Positions 28,708 to 39,390 are shown, numbered from the stretch's first letter. The stretch: DNA of 64,000 nucleotides from an uncultured Gemmatimonadaceae bacterium (GCA_963781585.1 CAWAGQ010000004.1:832001-896000); one strand, 5' to 3'. Notes: generated from the sequence alone by a model not told the origin. Numbers and translations: made by a program.

Positions 28708-30081
28708 TCACACCTCGTCAGGGGAGTGTTGAGTGTCCGGCGGCTCGCCGGCCGCCGACTTCCGCTTGAGTTCGTCCCACCAGACCATGCGCCTGGCGAC
28801 GTCGCGTTCGAATCCAAACTGCCCCGGTTCGTAAAACACGGCTTCCTTCAGGGCGTCCGGCAGATAGTTCTGCGGCGCGTAGACCTGCGGGAAGTCGTGC
28901 GCGTACTCGTACCCTTTCCCATATCCCAGTTCCTTCATGAGCCGCGTGGGTGCATTGCGAATGTGCAGCGGTACGGGTTCGGCCGGATGGGACCGGGCCG
29001 CGTCGAGAGCCGCGGACCAGGCGCGGTACACGCGGTTGGACTTGGGCGCGGTCGCCAGATATACAGCGGCTTCTGCCAGCGCCAGCTCGCCCTCGGGCGA
29101 GCCAAGCATGTGATAGGCGTCACGCGCGGCGAGAGCGACCCGCAGCGCCTGCGGATCGGCAAGTCCCACGTCCTCAGACGCGAATCGAATCGAGCGCCGC
29201 GCGATATACAGCGGGTCCTCGCCACCTTCGATCATCCGCGCCAGCCAGTATAGCGCGCCCTGCGGATCGCTTCCCCGAAGCGCTTTGTGATACGCGGAAA
29301 TCAGGTTGTAGTGCTCCTCGCCCGACTTGTCGTAGCGTGCAACGCGACGCTGCATCGCGTCCCGCAGCACTTCCACCGTGAGGGTGGCTCCGCGGGGCGA
29401 CAGGTCCGCCGCGGCCTCGATGGCATTCAGCGCGCGGCGCGCGTCGCCATCCGATTGTTCCGCGAGCCATTGCAGGGCATCCCCCTCCGTCTGCAGGCCG
29501 CGGCCGGCCAGCCCGCGCTCCGCGTCCGCGAGGGCGCGCTGCAGCACCAGCAGCACATCGTCGGTGTGCAGCGGCTCCAGTACGAACACGCGGGTACGCG
29601 AGAGCAGCGCGCCATTCAGCTCGAACGACGGGTTCTCGGTGGTGGCGCCGATGAGGGTGACGGTGCCGGTTTCCACCGCCTGGAGAAAGGCATCCTGCTG
29701 TGCCCGATTGAAGCGGTGGATCTCGTCCACGAACAGGATCGTGCCGCGGCCCATCTCGAGCCGGCCGCGGGCCTCGGCGATGATTTCGCGCACGCGGGGC
29801 ACGCCTTCGGTGACCGCCGAGAACGGGACGAACTCGCGGTCGGTGTAGCGCGCGATCAGAAAGCCGAGCGTGGTCTTGCCGCTCCCCGGCGGCCCCCAGA
29901 AGATCATCGATCCGACGGAGCCGCGCTCGATGGCGTCGCGCAGGGGCTTCCCCGGGCCCAGCAGATGCCGCTGTCCGACGAACTCTTCCAACGCATGTGG
30001 ACGCATCCGCGCCGCGAGCGGGGAGGCGCGTTCGCTGGCGTCAAACAACGACGCGGGCCTGGTCTCGCGACGGGCGGCCAT
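28708..30081 (-). CDS. rarA: Replication-associated recombination protein A (RarA/MgsA)
   Basis: PLA.RMRP, WGPPGSGKTT, DEIHRFN..QQD, GATTENP and ASED.G.ADP. Confidence 0.95.
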   Translation of the reverse strand: MAARRETRPASLFDASERASPLAARMRPHALEEFVGQRHLLGPGKPLRDAIERGSVGSMIFWGPPGSGKTTLGFLIARYTDREFVPFSAVTEGVPRVREIIAEARGRLEMGRGTILFVDEIHRFNRAQQDAFLQAVETGTVTLIGATTENPSFELNGALLSRTRVFVLEPLHTDDVLLVLQRALADAERGLAGRGLQTEGDALQWLAEQSDGDARRALNAIEAAADLSPRGATLTVEVLRDAMQRRVARYDKSGEEHYNLISAYHKALRGSDPQGALYWLARMIEGGEDPLYIARRSIRFASEDVGLADPQALRVALAARDAYHMLGSPEGELALAEAAVYLATAPKSNRVYRAWSAALDAARSHPAEPVPLHIRNAPTRLMKELGYGKGYEYAHDFPQVYAPQNYLPDALKEAVFYEPGQFGFERDVARRMVWWDELKRKSAAGEPPDTQHSPDEV

Positions 30082-30082
30082 G

Positions 30083-30610
30083 TCAGCCGGCCTCGAGCCC
30101 CAGCCGCTCGACGATCTCCGCCAGTGCGGGTTCCAGAGCCGGAGCCGGTGGAAACTCGTGGCGCGCGAGCCGCCAGCTGCGCAGCGCCAGCGTCCGAAAC
30201 GGCTCGAGCCCCAGGTCGTGCAGGAAATAGAACCAGCGGTCGCTGCGCCCATACACGAATACCTCGAGATGCGGGCTCAGCGTGATCTGATCGTCGTCGT
30301 CATGGAACGCGCACTCCAGTCCCGCATTCGCGACCAGCAGGCTGCGCAGGCGAAGCGCCGCATCGCGCGCCGCAGCGAGGGGCAGGTTTCCCCGACTCCA
30401 GCGCCGGTCCGAACGGACATCCTCGAGCGAGATGCACACGGTGTCGCTCAGACGCTCCGACAGGAGCAGAAAGAGTTCCACCGCCCGGTCGGCGTTGGCC
30501 ACGATCCGTGCCTCGAACAACCCACGATGCTCCGTGACCACGAAGCCTGCGTGCGGCAGGTGGAACCGGCGCCAGACCTCCGCGACCCGCTCGTGCCCCC
30601 GGATGAACAT
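30083..30610 (-). CDS. Hypothetical protein
   Basis: 175-aa ORF packed 1-3 nt from both neighbours, with normal composition. Confidence 0.7.
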   Translation of the reverse strand: MFIRGHERVAEVWRRFHLPHAGFVVTEHRGLFEARIVANADRAVELFLLLSERLSDTVCISLEDVRSDRRWSRGNLPLAAARDAALRLRSLLVANAGLECAFHDDDDQITLSPHLEVFVYGRSDRWFYFLHDLGLEPFRTLALRSWRLARHEFPPAPALEPALAEIVERLGLEAG

Positions 30611-30613
30611 TGC

Positions 30614-32002
30614 CTAACGATCCTCGTCCCCGGGCGCCCCGCCCGCGATCCGGCGGGCCAGGTCCAGCAGCCGGTCGCGGCTGTTGAGTTCCGGGTCCTC
30701 AAGGACGCGATCGAGCAGCCGCCGCAACAGTGTCCCGAGCTCCGGTCCCGCCGCGAAGCCCGCCGCGTGGAGGTCGTCGCCGTCGACAGCCAGGTCGCCC
30801 AGCGACACGGGGTCGCGATAGGCTACCCGAAGCGCCTGTCGGTACACTGTGATCGCGGTCCCGCCGCCGTGCATCGCGCGTTCGCTCCCGCCCGCGCACC
30901 AGCGTGCGTACGTGACGCGCAACAGGTCACGCATCACCGTGCGGCCCGCGCGGGCCGCCCACCGGCGCAGCCATGACTCCGGCACGTGTGCGGCCGCGTC
31001 GAACATTCCTTCCACCTGGTCGCGCAACTGCGCCCACGCCCCAGCCAGGTGGGCGATCCATCGGAGCTCGCGGTTGGAGGCGCGCAATTCGCGCAATGTC
31101 CGACGAACTCCCTCGTCGTCGAGCCCCAGAAAGAGAGTCGCCAGGCGGTTCAGGCGGCGCGCCGAGGCCAGCTCGGCGCGGCTGGTGAGGTCGGGGAGAC
31201 CGATGTGGTCGGCGGCGCGAAACGCATCGTCGGGCTGGACCACCAGCGCTGGGAGGAGCGCGGCCAAGGCGCCCGACTGGCGCCAGAGTGCCATTGCCCG
31301 GCTTGGCCGGCGCACCTGCTCCATGGTCTTCTCCAATTCCTGCCGCACCCGTTCCCGCGAGAGGCGGGTGAGGAAGGGCGCCGACTCGACGATCGCCTGC
31401 CAGGTTTCGGCGGCGATCTCGAAATCGAACCGGGCCGCGAAACGCAGCGCCCGCAGTGCGCGGAGCCGGTCTTCCTTCATGCGCTCCGCGGGCCTGCCAA
31501 CGGCGCGCACGATGCCCCGCCGGAGATCGGCGCGCCCGTCGAACGGGTCGTGCAGTACCTCGCGTTCCGGAGAGTAGGCGATGGCGTTGATCGTGAAGTC
31601 GCGCCGCGCCAGGTCCTCGTCCAGAGACACACCGTACTCGACTTCGGCATGGCGACCATCGGTCCGTACGTCGCGCCGGAACGTGGTCACTTCGTGCAGA
31701 ACGCCGTCGCGATCCAGCACACCGACCGTGCCGTACTCGATTCCCACCGGAAACGTGCGACGGAAGAGCGACCGGACCACCTCGGGTGTGGCCTGGGTGG
31801 CCAGGTCCCAGTCCAGGTGAGTGCGCCCGAGCAGCGCATCCCGCACCGCCCCACCCACGGCCCACGTCTCGTGGCCAGCGGCCTCCAGGGTGCGCGCGAT
31901 CTCACGCACCGTATTCGGTGGATGCAGGCGCCTGGTCTCGTCCACAGCCGCGGCGGATTCCTCGTGGCGACGGCGCGTCAGGTCACCAGTTGGCTCAGCC
32001 AC
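30614..32002 (-). CDS. cca: CCA tRNA nucleotidyltransferase (class II)
   Basis: VGGAVRD.LLG...D.D.AT, EVTTFR, DL.RRDFTINA and ED.LR.LRA.RF. Confidence 0.9.
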   Translation of the reverse strand: MAEPTGDLTRRRHEESAAAVDETRRLHPPNTVREIARTLEAAGHETWAVGGAVRDALLGRTHLDWDLATQATPEVVRSLFRRTFPVGIEYGTVGVLDRDGVLHEVTTFRRDVRTDGRHAEVEYGVSLDEDLARRDFTINAIAYSPEREVLHDPFDGRADLRRGIVRAVGRPAERMKEDRLRALRALRFAARFDFEIAAETWQAIVESAPFLTRLSRERVRQELEKTMEQVRRPSRAMALWRQSGALAALLPALVVQPDDAFRAADHIGLPDLTSRAELASARRLNRLATLFLGLDDEGVRRTLRELRASNRELRWIAHLAGAWAQLRDQVEGMFDAAAHVPESWLRRWAARAGRTVMRDLLRVTYARWCAGGSERAMHGGGTAITVYRQALRVAYRDPVSLGDLAVDGDDLHAAGFAAGPELGTLLRRLLDRVLEDPELNSRDRLLDLARRIAGGAPGDEDR

Positions 32003-32750
32003 ACAGCACGCTGCCGCCGTTGACGTTGAGCACTTCGCCGGTCACGTGTCGGGCCTGGGCAGAGCAGAGAAAGACGATTGGCGCCGCGATGTCATCGGGG
32101 GTGGCGACGCGTCCAACCGGAATGGTCGCCGCGATGCGTTCGCGTCCTCCACCGGCGAAGACTTCGGCGCACATGTCGGTGTCGACCCAGCCGGGCGCGA
32201 CGCAGTTGACGGTGATGTCGCGTGGTGCCACCTCGATCGCCACTGACTTCACGAACGCGATCATGGCGCCCTTGGACGCGGCGTAGTCGGCATGCATCGC
32301 CTCGCCGCGCTGCCCAGCAGTACTGGCCACGAGAACCACCCGTCCCCCGGCGCCCATGCGCCGGAGCGCACTGCGCGCGGTGAAGAACATGCTGCTCACG
32401 TTCTCGGCCATCGTGCGGGTCCACCGTTCATCGGACATCTCGGAGACCGCGTCTTCCTGCACCGGCCAGATACCGGCGTTCCCCACGAAGATGTCCAGTC
32501 CACCGAATTCGCGATCGAGGCGCGCGAACAGCGCCTCGACTCCGTCGGGGTGAGACAGATCGCCTCCCTGCGAAAACGCCCGGACTCCTCCGGCCGCGAG
32601 ATCACGCACGATCGCTTCGGCCGGCGCGGCGCGGGTTCGATAGGATATCGCGACGTCCGCCCCGCAGGCGGCCAGCAGGCGCGACGTGGCGGCGCCAATG
32701 CCGCGCGATCCACCCGTGACGAGGGCCCTTCTTCCCTTGAGATCGATCAT
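31995..32750 (-). CDS. SDR family oxidoreductase (FabG-like)
   Basis: TGGSRGIG, NAG, YAASK and N.VAPG.V.T. Confidence 0.9.
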   Translation of the reverse strand: MIDLKGRRALVTGGSRGIGAATSRLLAACGADVAISYRTRAAPAEAIVRDLAAGGVRAFSQGGDLSHPDGVEALFARLDREFGGLDIFVGNAGIWPVQEDAVSEMSDERWTRTMAENVSSMFFTARSALRRMGAGGRVVLVASTAGQRGEAMHADYAASKGAMIAFVKSVAIEVAPRDITVNCVAPGWVDTDMCAEVFAGGGRERIAATIPVGRVATPDDIAAPIVFLCSAQARHVTGEVLNVNGGSVLCG

Positions 32751-32760
32751 TGCGCTGCGC

Positions 32761-33345
32761 TCACAGCTGGTCTTCCACGAGCTCGCAGATGATGTGTTCG
32801 ATGCAGAGGTGAAGTTCCTGCGCCCGGTCGGTGCGTGGCGTCGGAACCACGATGGTGTGGGTAGCGATGTCGCGAATACGACCTCCACTGCCGGCAGTGA
32901 GTGCCAGCACGTCGACGTGCTGCGCACGCGCGGCTTCCACGGCGCGCAGGATGTTCTGGGAGTTGCCGCTCGTGGTGTGCACGATCAGCAGGTCACCGGG
33001 CACAGCGAGAGCCTCGACCTGGCGCGCGAAGATTTCCTCGAAACCAAAGTCGTTGCCGGCCGCGGTCAGCAGCGAGGTATCGGTGGTGAGCGCAACCGCC
33101 CTCAGCGGCCGGCGCGTGAGGATGTAGCGCACGACGTACTCGGCGGCGACGTGCTGCGCGTCGGCGGCACTGCCGCCATTGCCGCAGAAAAACAGCGTGC
33201 CACTGCGGCTCAGGGTCGCGCGGACCATCGCCGCCGCGCGCGCGATGTCGTCAGGCAGCTGGGTCGCGGCGCGCTCGGCTGTCGCGGCAAGATCCCGCAG
33301 TCTGGTTACGATCCGCTCGCGCATCGCGCGCTCGTCGAAAGTCAT
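32761..33345 (-). CDS. gmhA: Phosphoheptose isomerase (SIS domain)
   Basis: CGNGGSAADAQH.A.E, ND.GF, F.RQ, TSGNS.N and QE.H. Confidence 0.93.
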   Translation of the reverse strand: MTFDERAMRERIVTRLRDLAATAERAATQLPDDIARAAAMVRATLSRSGTLFFCGNGGSAADAQHVAAEYVVRYILTRRPLRAVALTTDTSLLTAAGNDFGFEEIFARQVEALAVPGDLLIVHTTSGNSQNILRAVEAARAQHVDVLALTAGSGGRIRDIATHTIVVPTPRTDRAQELHLCIEHIICELVEDQL

Positions 33346-33355
33346 GGCTTCTCCC

Positions 33356-34129
33356 TCAGGTGGCGCCGTCCTGTCGCCGCCGCCCGCCAAACCAGGCCTT
33401 CAGCCGCTCCACCATCCCGGAGCGCATACGGACCGGGGCCACCGCTGCCGGCGGGCGGTCGTCGAGCAGGCGCCGAGGGTTCTCGTGCGTCAGCCACTCC
33501 GCCTGTTCACCCGCATCAATCTCTTCCAGCCACTGCCGTACTGTCGAGAGCGACCGCCGGTCGCCGTGATTGTCGCTGGCCAGGATATGCACCAACCCGT
33601 CGGCAAGCATCGCGCGGGCGAAGTCGGCCATCGGCCCGGCGGTGATCACCGCGGTTGCGTCGGTCTGAACGAACGCGCCGAGCTCGTGCCACCCGCGAAG
33701 CGTCTCCAGCGTGCACCCCGCGTATCGCTCGGGGTGCGCCACCACCGGTACGATGCCCGTCCTGCGCAGCCGCACGAGCTCCTCGGTGGCCCAACCTGGC
33801 AGCCCCCGGCGCGGGAACTCCACGAGCCGCGCCTTCGAGTTGCCGAGCGCGAGCCGTGGCGAACGCAGATCCTCTCCCCCGCGATCCAGCATGATCTCCC
33901 AGCCGGGGTACAGCTCCAGCTCCGGTCGGGCGCGCGCCCGCAACTCCTCGAGCAACCCGACATGCTTGTCCACCGGCGCCCAGGTCGCCTGCGACGCGTT
34001 GAGGTGTGGGGTGCACACCACTGCCATCACTCCTTCGTCGGCCATTCGCTCCAGCACCAGCAGGGAATGCTCGATGGTCGGCGAGCCGTCGTCGACGCCG
34101 GGAAGGAGGTGCGTATGGATGTCGATCAC
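33356..34129 (-). CDS. CpsB/CapC-family PHP tyrosine phosphatase
   Basis: IDIHTH.LPG.DDG, TPH, AHPERY and ASD.H. GTG start makes a GTGA overlap. Confidence 0.9.
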   Translation of the reverse strand: MIDIHTHLLPGVDDGSPTIEHSLLVLERMADEGVMAVVCTPHLNASQATWAPVDKHVGLLEELRARARPELELYPGWEIMLDRGGEDLRSPRLALGNSKARLVEFPRRGLPGWATEELVRLRRTGIVPVVAHPERYAGCTLETLRGWHELGAFVQTDATAVITAGPMADFARAMLADGLVHILASDNHGDRRSLSTVRQWLEEIDAGEQAEWLTHENPRRLLDDRPPAAVAPVRMRSGMVERLKAWFGGRRRQDGAT

Positions 34130-34470
34130 GCCCGTGGGGCAAGCGCCGACAACCGCACCATGACGTCCGCTGCGAGTTCGGGGATGCGCTCGGGTTCGCC
34201 GGCGCACGCCTCGAAGCCGTAGGTCACGAGCGCGTCGATCGCGAGCAGATCGAGCGCGGCGGCGCGCGCCGTTCCATCTCCCGAGAGCAGCATGGCGAGG
34301 CCCTGTTGCGCCGCGACCAGACACTGACCAGCCACGCCGCCCGGCGCTCCCTCGAACGGAGACGCGAGCGTCAACATTCGCTGCCGGAGTGCGGTGGGAG
34401 CAGACGGATGGCGCGTCTGCATCCACGCCTTCAGGTTTCCCGCGGCATTCGCCGAGGCCACTCGACTCAT
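34126..34470 (-). CDS. Hypothetical protein
   Basis: 114 aa, 4-nt overlaps with both neighbours, contains a DLLAIDALVTY motif. Confidence 0.7.
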   Translation of the reverse strand: MSRVASANAAGNLKAWMQTRHPSAPTALRQRMLTLASPFEGAPGGVAGQCLVAAQQGLAMLLSGDGTARAAALDLLAIDALVTYGFEACAGEPERIPELAADVMVRLSALAPRA

Positions 34471-37379
34471 GATGTCGTTCCCATGAGGTCACGGACCACG
34501 GACGGTAGCATCGCCAACGCTTCGGGAAGGCGCGCGGCGTCTGGAATCCCGGCCTGCGCCATGTGAGGCTTTCCGCCGCCACGTCCGCCAGCGGCAGTGG
34601 CCAGCGCGCGCAACACCGCGTCGGCGCGGACGCCACGATCCCGCGCCGCGTCGGTGGCAACCACCAGCAGCGTCGACTTGCCGTCGGTGAACGTTGCGGC
34701 CAGCGCCGCCACGCCCGCGCCCATCTGTTCCCGCAGGGCGTCGCCTAACGTCTGCAGGGCCCGGACATCGTCGGCCGATACCGTGGCGCCCACGACTTTC
34801 ATTCCGTCCACCTGGGCGGCGGACGAAAGCAGCCGCCGCACCTCGTCGGTTCCGCCACGGAGCGCATCCTCCAGCCGCTTCTCCAGCGCCCGCCGGTCTT
34901 CCACGATCGCCTCAGCGCGCTTCACCACCGTGTCCGGAGTTGCCTTCAGCAGGTCAGATACCCGCAGCAGGCTTCGGTCCCTCTGGCGCAGCCATTCGAA
35001 CGCGCGCGGGCCGGTCAGTGCTTCGATCCGGCGCACGCCTGCCGCCACTCCGGTTTCGCCGATGATGTGGAAGAGCCCGATCTGGGCCGTGTTCCGGACG
35101 TGTGTACCACCACACAGCTCGAGCGAGATGCCGGGAATGCGAACGACGCGCACCACCGCCCCGTACTTCTCGCCGAACAACGCCATCGCACCCTCGGACC
35201 TGGCCTCTTCGAGCGGCTTCTCCTCGAAGAGTACGTCGGCGCCCGCCCAGATCGAGCGATTGACCCGCTCCTCGACGTCTTCCAGGGCTTCCGCACTCAC
35301 GGGTCCGTGGTGCGTGAAGTCGAAGCGCAGCCGGTCCGGAGCGACGAGGGATCCCGCCTGATGCACGCCCTTGCCCAGCACCGCCTGCAACGCCGCCTGC
35401 AACAGGTGAGTCGCCGTGTGGTTCCGCTCGGTGTCGCGCCGCCGATCGGTCGGCACGCGCGCCACCGCGGTGCCGAAATGCAGCGTCCCCGTGAGCCGAC
35501 CGATCGCCGCGTTTCGACCCTGGATCTTGCGCACGTCCTCGACGTCCACGCGCCAGCCGTCACCGACGATCTCCCCGCCGTCAGAGATCTGCCCACCGGA
35601 CTCGGCGTAGAACGGCGTCTCGCGCAGCAGCACCGCCACGCGCCCATCGTCGAGGTGTCGCACGGCCGTCACCTCGGATTCCACCTCGACGCTGTCGTAG
35701 CCCACGAACCTGGCGTCGGGCAGGCCCGATCCGGGGTGCGGCGCTGTATCGGAGTGACCAGCCACTTCACCTCGTCCGTCGGCGCTGTCGCCGGGGCCAG
35801 CGGGTGGTTTCACCGCCGGCAACCCGGGGCGAAGTGGGGTGCCGGCAGGGATCGATGCCGGCGTCCGTACCTTCCACTTCAATTCATCCGCCAGCTCGTC
35901 GCCGGACACCCCGAGCTTCCTGGACTTTCGCTCCTCCTGCGACTGCACGCGCTGCGCCTCGAGCGCCGTCTCGAACCCCGAGATGTCGACCGTGTAGCCG
36001 CGCTCGCGCGCCATCAGCTCGGTGAGGTCGATCGGGAACCCGTACGTGTCGTACAGCCGGAAGGCGTCTTCGCCGCTCACGGTGCCACGGATCTGGCTGG
36101 AACCCTGCGTGGTGTGTTCCGGTGCGACCTCCTCGAAGCGTTTCATCCCCGCGTCGATCGTTGTCAGAAAGCGCTCCTCCTCGGCGCGCGTCGTCTCGGT
36201 GATGTGCGTCGCGCGCTGATCCAGCTCAGGGTAGACGTCGCCCATCAGCTCGATGACCTTCGCCACGATCTGCACCAGCGTCGGCTCGCGACGGCCCAAT
36301 AGCCAGGCATGACGCACCGCGCGACGCAGGATCCGGCGCAGCACGTACCCTCGTCCGTCGTTGGAGGGGAAGACGCCATCGGCCAGGAGGAACGCGACGG
36401 CTCGGGCGTGGTCGGCGATCACACGAAACGAGGCCGGGGTGACGGCATTTGGCACCACCGAAAGGCCGCCCTTCGCACCCCGCACGGCGATCCCCGTGCG
36501 GCTCTCGTCGCTCTCGCGGCCCCAATATTCGATACCGACGGCGTGCTCGACGGCCGCGATGAGCGGCGCGAAGACGTCGGTGTGAAAGATCATCGTCACG
36601 CCCTGCGTGAGCGCGGCAATGCGCTCGAGCCCGGCGCCGGTGTCGACCGAAGGCCGCGGAAGGGGCACCAGCGTGCCATCCGCCTGCCTGTCGTACTGCA
36701 TGAACACGAGGTTCCAGAACTCCAGGAACCGATCGTTCTCCGAACCCGCGACGAACGCGTCGAGTGAGAACTCGTCGCGGTCCAGTTCCGTCCACTCGCC
36801 CACCACGCCGTCCGGAACGCTCCAGTCACCGGCAACATGGGCCACATCGACGAAGATCTCGGAGCACGGACCGCATGGTCCCGTGTCGGCCATTTGCCAG
36901 AAATTGTCCGAGTCGCCCAGTCCGTAGATCCGCGAATCGGGCAGACCGGCGATCTCACGCCAGAGCGCGCGCGCCTCTTCGTCGCTGTGATGCACGGTGA
37001 CCCGGAGATACTTCGGGTCGAGCTTCAGCTCGGTGGTCACGAACTCCCACGCGAAGCGGATCGCATCGCGCTTGAAGTAGTCGCCGAACGAGAAGTTGCC
37101 CAGCATCTCGAAGAAAGTGAGGTGCCTGGCAGTGTGTCCCACCTGCTCGAGGTCGTTGTGCTTTCCGCCGGCGCGAACGCACTTCTGGGAAGTGGCGGCG
37201 CGTCGTCCGAACGGCGTCGTCTCCAGTCCGAGAAAGACCTTCTTGAACTGCACCATGCCCGCGTTGGTGAAGAGCAGCGTGGGATCGTCCGCGGGCACGA
37301 GAGAGGAGCTCGGGCGCACGGCGTGGCCATTGCGTTCGAAGTAGCCAAGGAAGCGCGTGCGGATCTCGTTGGCGAGCAT
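34467..37379 (-). CDS. alaS: Alanine--tRNA ligase
   Basis: FTNAGM.QFK, FFEMLGNFSFGDYFK, GYVLRRILRRA, H.ATHLL, ELCGGTH and GGGK; 970 aa with insertions. Confidence 0.98.
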   Translation of the reverse strand: MLANEIRTRFLGYFERNGHAVRPSSSLVPADDPTLLFTNAGMVQFKKVFLGLETTPFGRRAATSQKCVRAGGKHNDLEQVGHTARHLTFFEMLGNFSFGDYFKRDAIRFAWEFVTTELKLDPKYLRVTVHHSDEEARALWREIAGLPDSRIYGLGDSDNFWQMADTGPCGPCSEIFVDVAHVAGDWSVPDGVVGEWTELDRDEFSLDAFVAGSENDRFLEFWNLVFMQYDRQADGTLVPLPRPSVDTGAGLERIAALTQGVTMIFHTDVFAPLIAAVEHAVGIEYWGRESDESRTGIAVRGAKGGLSVVPNAVTPASFRVIADHARAVAFLLADGVFPSNDGRGYVLRRILRRAVRHAWLLGRREPTLVQIVAKVIELMGDVYPELDQRATHITETTRAEEERFLTTIDAGMKRFEEVAPEHTTQGSSQIRGTVSGEDAFRLYDTYGFPIDLTELMARERGYTVDISGFETALEAQRVQSQEERKSRKLGVSGDELADELKWKVRTPASIPAGTPLRPGLPAVKPPAGPGDSADGRGEVAGHSDTAPHPGSGLPDARFVGYDSVEVESEVTAVRHLDDGRVAVLLRETPFYAESGGQISDGGEIVGDGWRVDVEDVRKIQGRNAAIGRLTGTLHFGTAVARVPTDRRRDTERNHTATHLLQAALQAVLGKGVHQAGSLVAPDRLRFDFTHHGPVSAEALEDVEERVNRSIWAGADVLFEEKPLEEARSEGAMALFGEKYGAVVRVVRIPGISLELCGGTHVRNTAQIGLFHIIGETGVAAGVRRIEALTGPRAFEWLRQRDRSLLRVSDLLKATPDTVVKRAEAIVEDRRALEKRLEDALRGGTDEVRRLLSSAAQVDGMKVVGATVSADDVRALQTLGDALREQMGAGVAALAATFTDGKSTLLVVATDAARDRGVRADAVLRALATAAGGRGGGKPHMAQAGIPDAARLPEALAMLPSVVRDLMGTTS

Positions 37380-37407
37380 AGAGGCAAATATACGAGGAAG
37401 CGGCCAG

Positions 37408-38082
37408 TTAGCCGGGAGCGTGGCCGCCGGTCACCTCGCGTACGACGCGTCCCACGACGTCCGCCTGGTAGCCGCGTCGCGCGAGAAAGGCGTACAGACG
37501 CCGGCGGCGCGTCAGCAGGTCAACCGAGGCGAGTGTGGCCAGCCGCTTCTTCGCGGCCGCCAGCGCGCCGCCGTACTCGTCGACCTCGACGTCCTCCACC
37601 GCGGCTTCGATGGCGGCGGCGGCCACGCTCGGCGCCACACCGCGGCGGAACAGCTCGTCGCCGACTCGGCGGCGGGAGATGCCGCGCGCGAACCGGGACT
37701 CGGCGAACTGGCGCGCGAAGACCGCATCGTCCAGATAGCCGTACTTCTCGAGCCGGTCACTGACCCACGCCAGGTCACCCTTGAGCGCGCCGGTCCGCGC
37801 GAGCCTCAGGCGCAGTTCGCGCGCCGAGCGCGCGCGAACTGCGAGCAGGTTCATTGCTCGATCGAGCAGAGCGAATCTCCGGTCCGCGGTCCGCAGGGCG
37901 CGCAGCACCGCTCCGTCGACGGAACTCCCGACGCGCAGCCCGAGGTCGGCGATCGTCTCGACGCTCACCACTCCCGCCTGAACGCCATCGATCTCGACGA
38001 CAAAGCGCCCGCGCCGTCTGACGTGCTCGACAAGGGCGCTTACCGTACCGGGGTGCGCGTCCGGGGGCGAGGAGCGTGGCAT
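37408..38082 (-). CDS. recX: Regulatory protein RecX
   Basis: L..R.RS..EL, GYLDD..FA and L.RRG; downstream of recA. Confidence 0.9.
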   Translation of the reverse strand: MPRSSPPDAHPGTVSALVEHVRRRGRFVVEIDGVQAGVVSVETIADLGLRVGSSVDGAVLRALRTADRRFALLDRAMNLLAVRARSARELRLRLARTGALKGDLAWVSDRLEKYGYLDDAVFARQFAESRFARGISRRRVGDELFRRGVAPSVAAAAIEAAVEDVEVDEYGGALAAAKKRLATLASVDLLTRRRRLYAFLARRGYQADVVGRVVREVTGGHAPG

Positions 38083-38104
38083 GCGTAGAAGCCGTGCGCT
38101 GAGC

Positions 38105-38195
38105 CTGAGAAGAAAATGAAGAGGCCGGAGGGAAGCCCTTTGAGCAAAGCGGCGTACCGGGCGCCAACTTCCTCAGAGAACAACCCTCCGGCCCC
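38105..38195 (-). terminator. Long hairpin with U-rich tail between recA and recX
   Basis: GGCCGGAGGG (38123-38132) and CCCTCCGGCC (38184-38193) close nested stems, followed on the minus strand by TTCATTTTCTTCT. Confidence 0.6.
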
Positions 38196-38230
38196 GACGT
38201 CGTGCGGGCCGCCCACCGTACTGGCCTGCG

Positions 38231-39277
<1,047 letters not shown>

Positions 39278-39356
39278 GCATCACCCATTGAGTTTGACAG
39301 GTTGAGAACCTGGCCACGCGGGAATTTACCGGATGGCCGGAAAACGACGATACCCC

Positions 39357-39390
39357 CGAACAAAATACGAAGCTACCCCCCTGCCATCAA
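39357..39390 (-). promoter_or_regulatory. recA promoter with an overlapping TTCG-N7-TTCG direct repeat (candidate LexA box)
   Basis: TTGATG-N17-TATTTT; the -10 hexamer forms most of the spacer in TTCG-TATTTTG-TTCG. Confidence 0.55.

Noticed and set aside
30614..32002. cca as a poly(A) polymerase or a split CC/A-adding enzyme
   Set aside because: No PAP signature seen and the flexible loop appears present. The tRNAs here lack encoded CCA, consistent with ordinary CCA addition; the subtype cannot be resolved by eye
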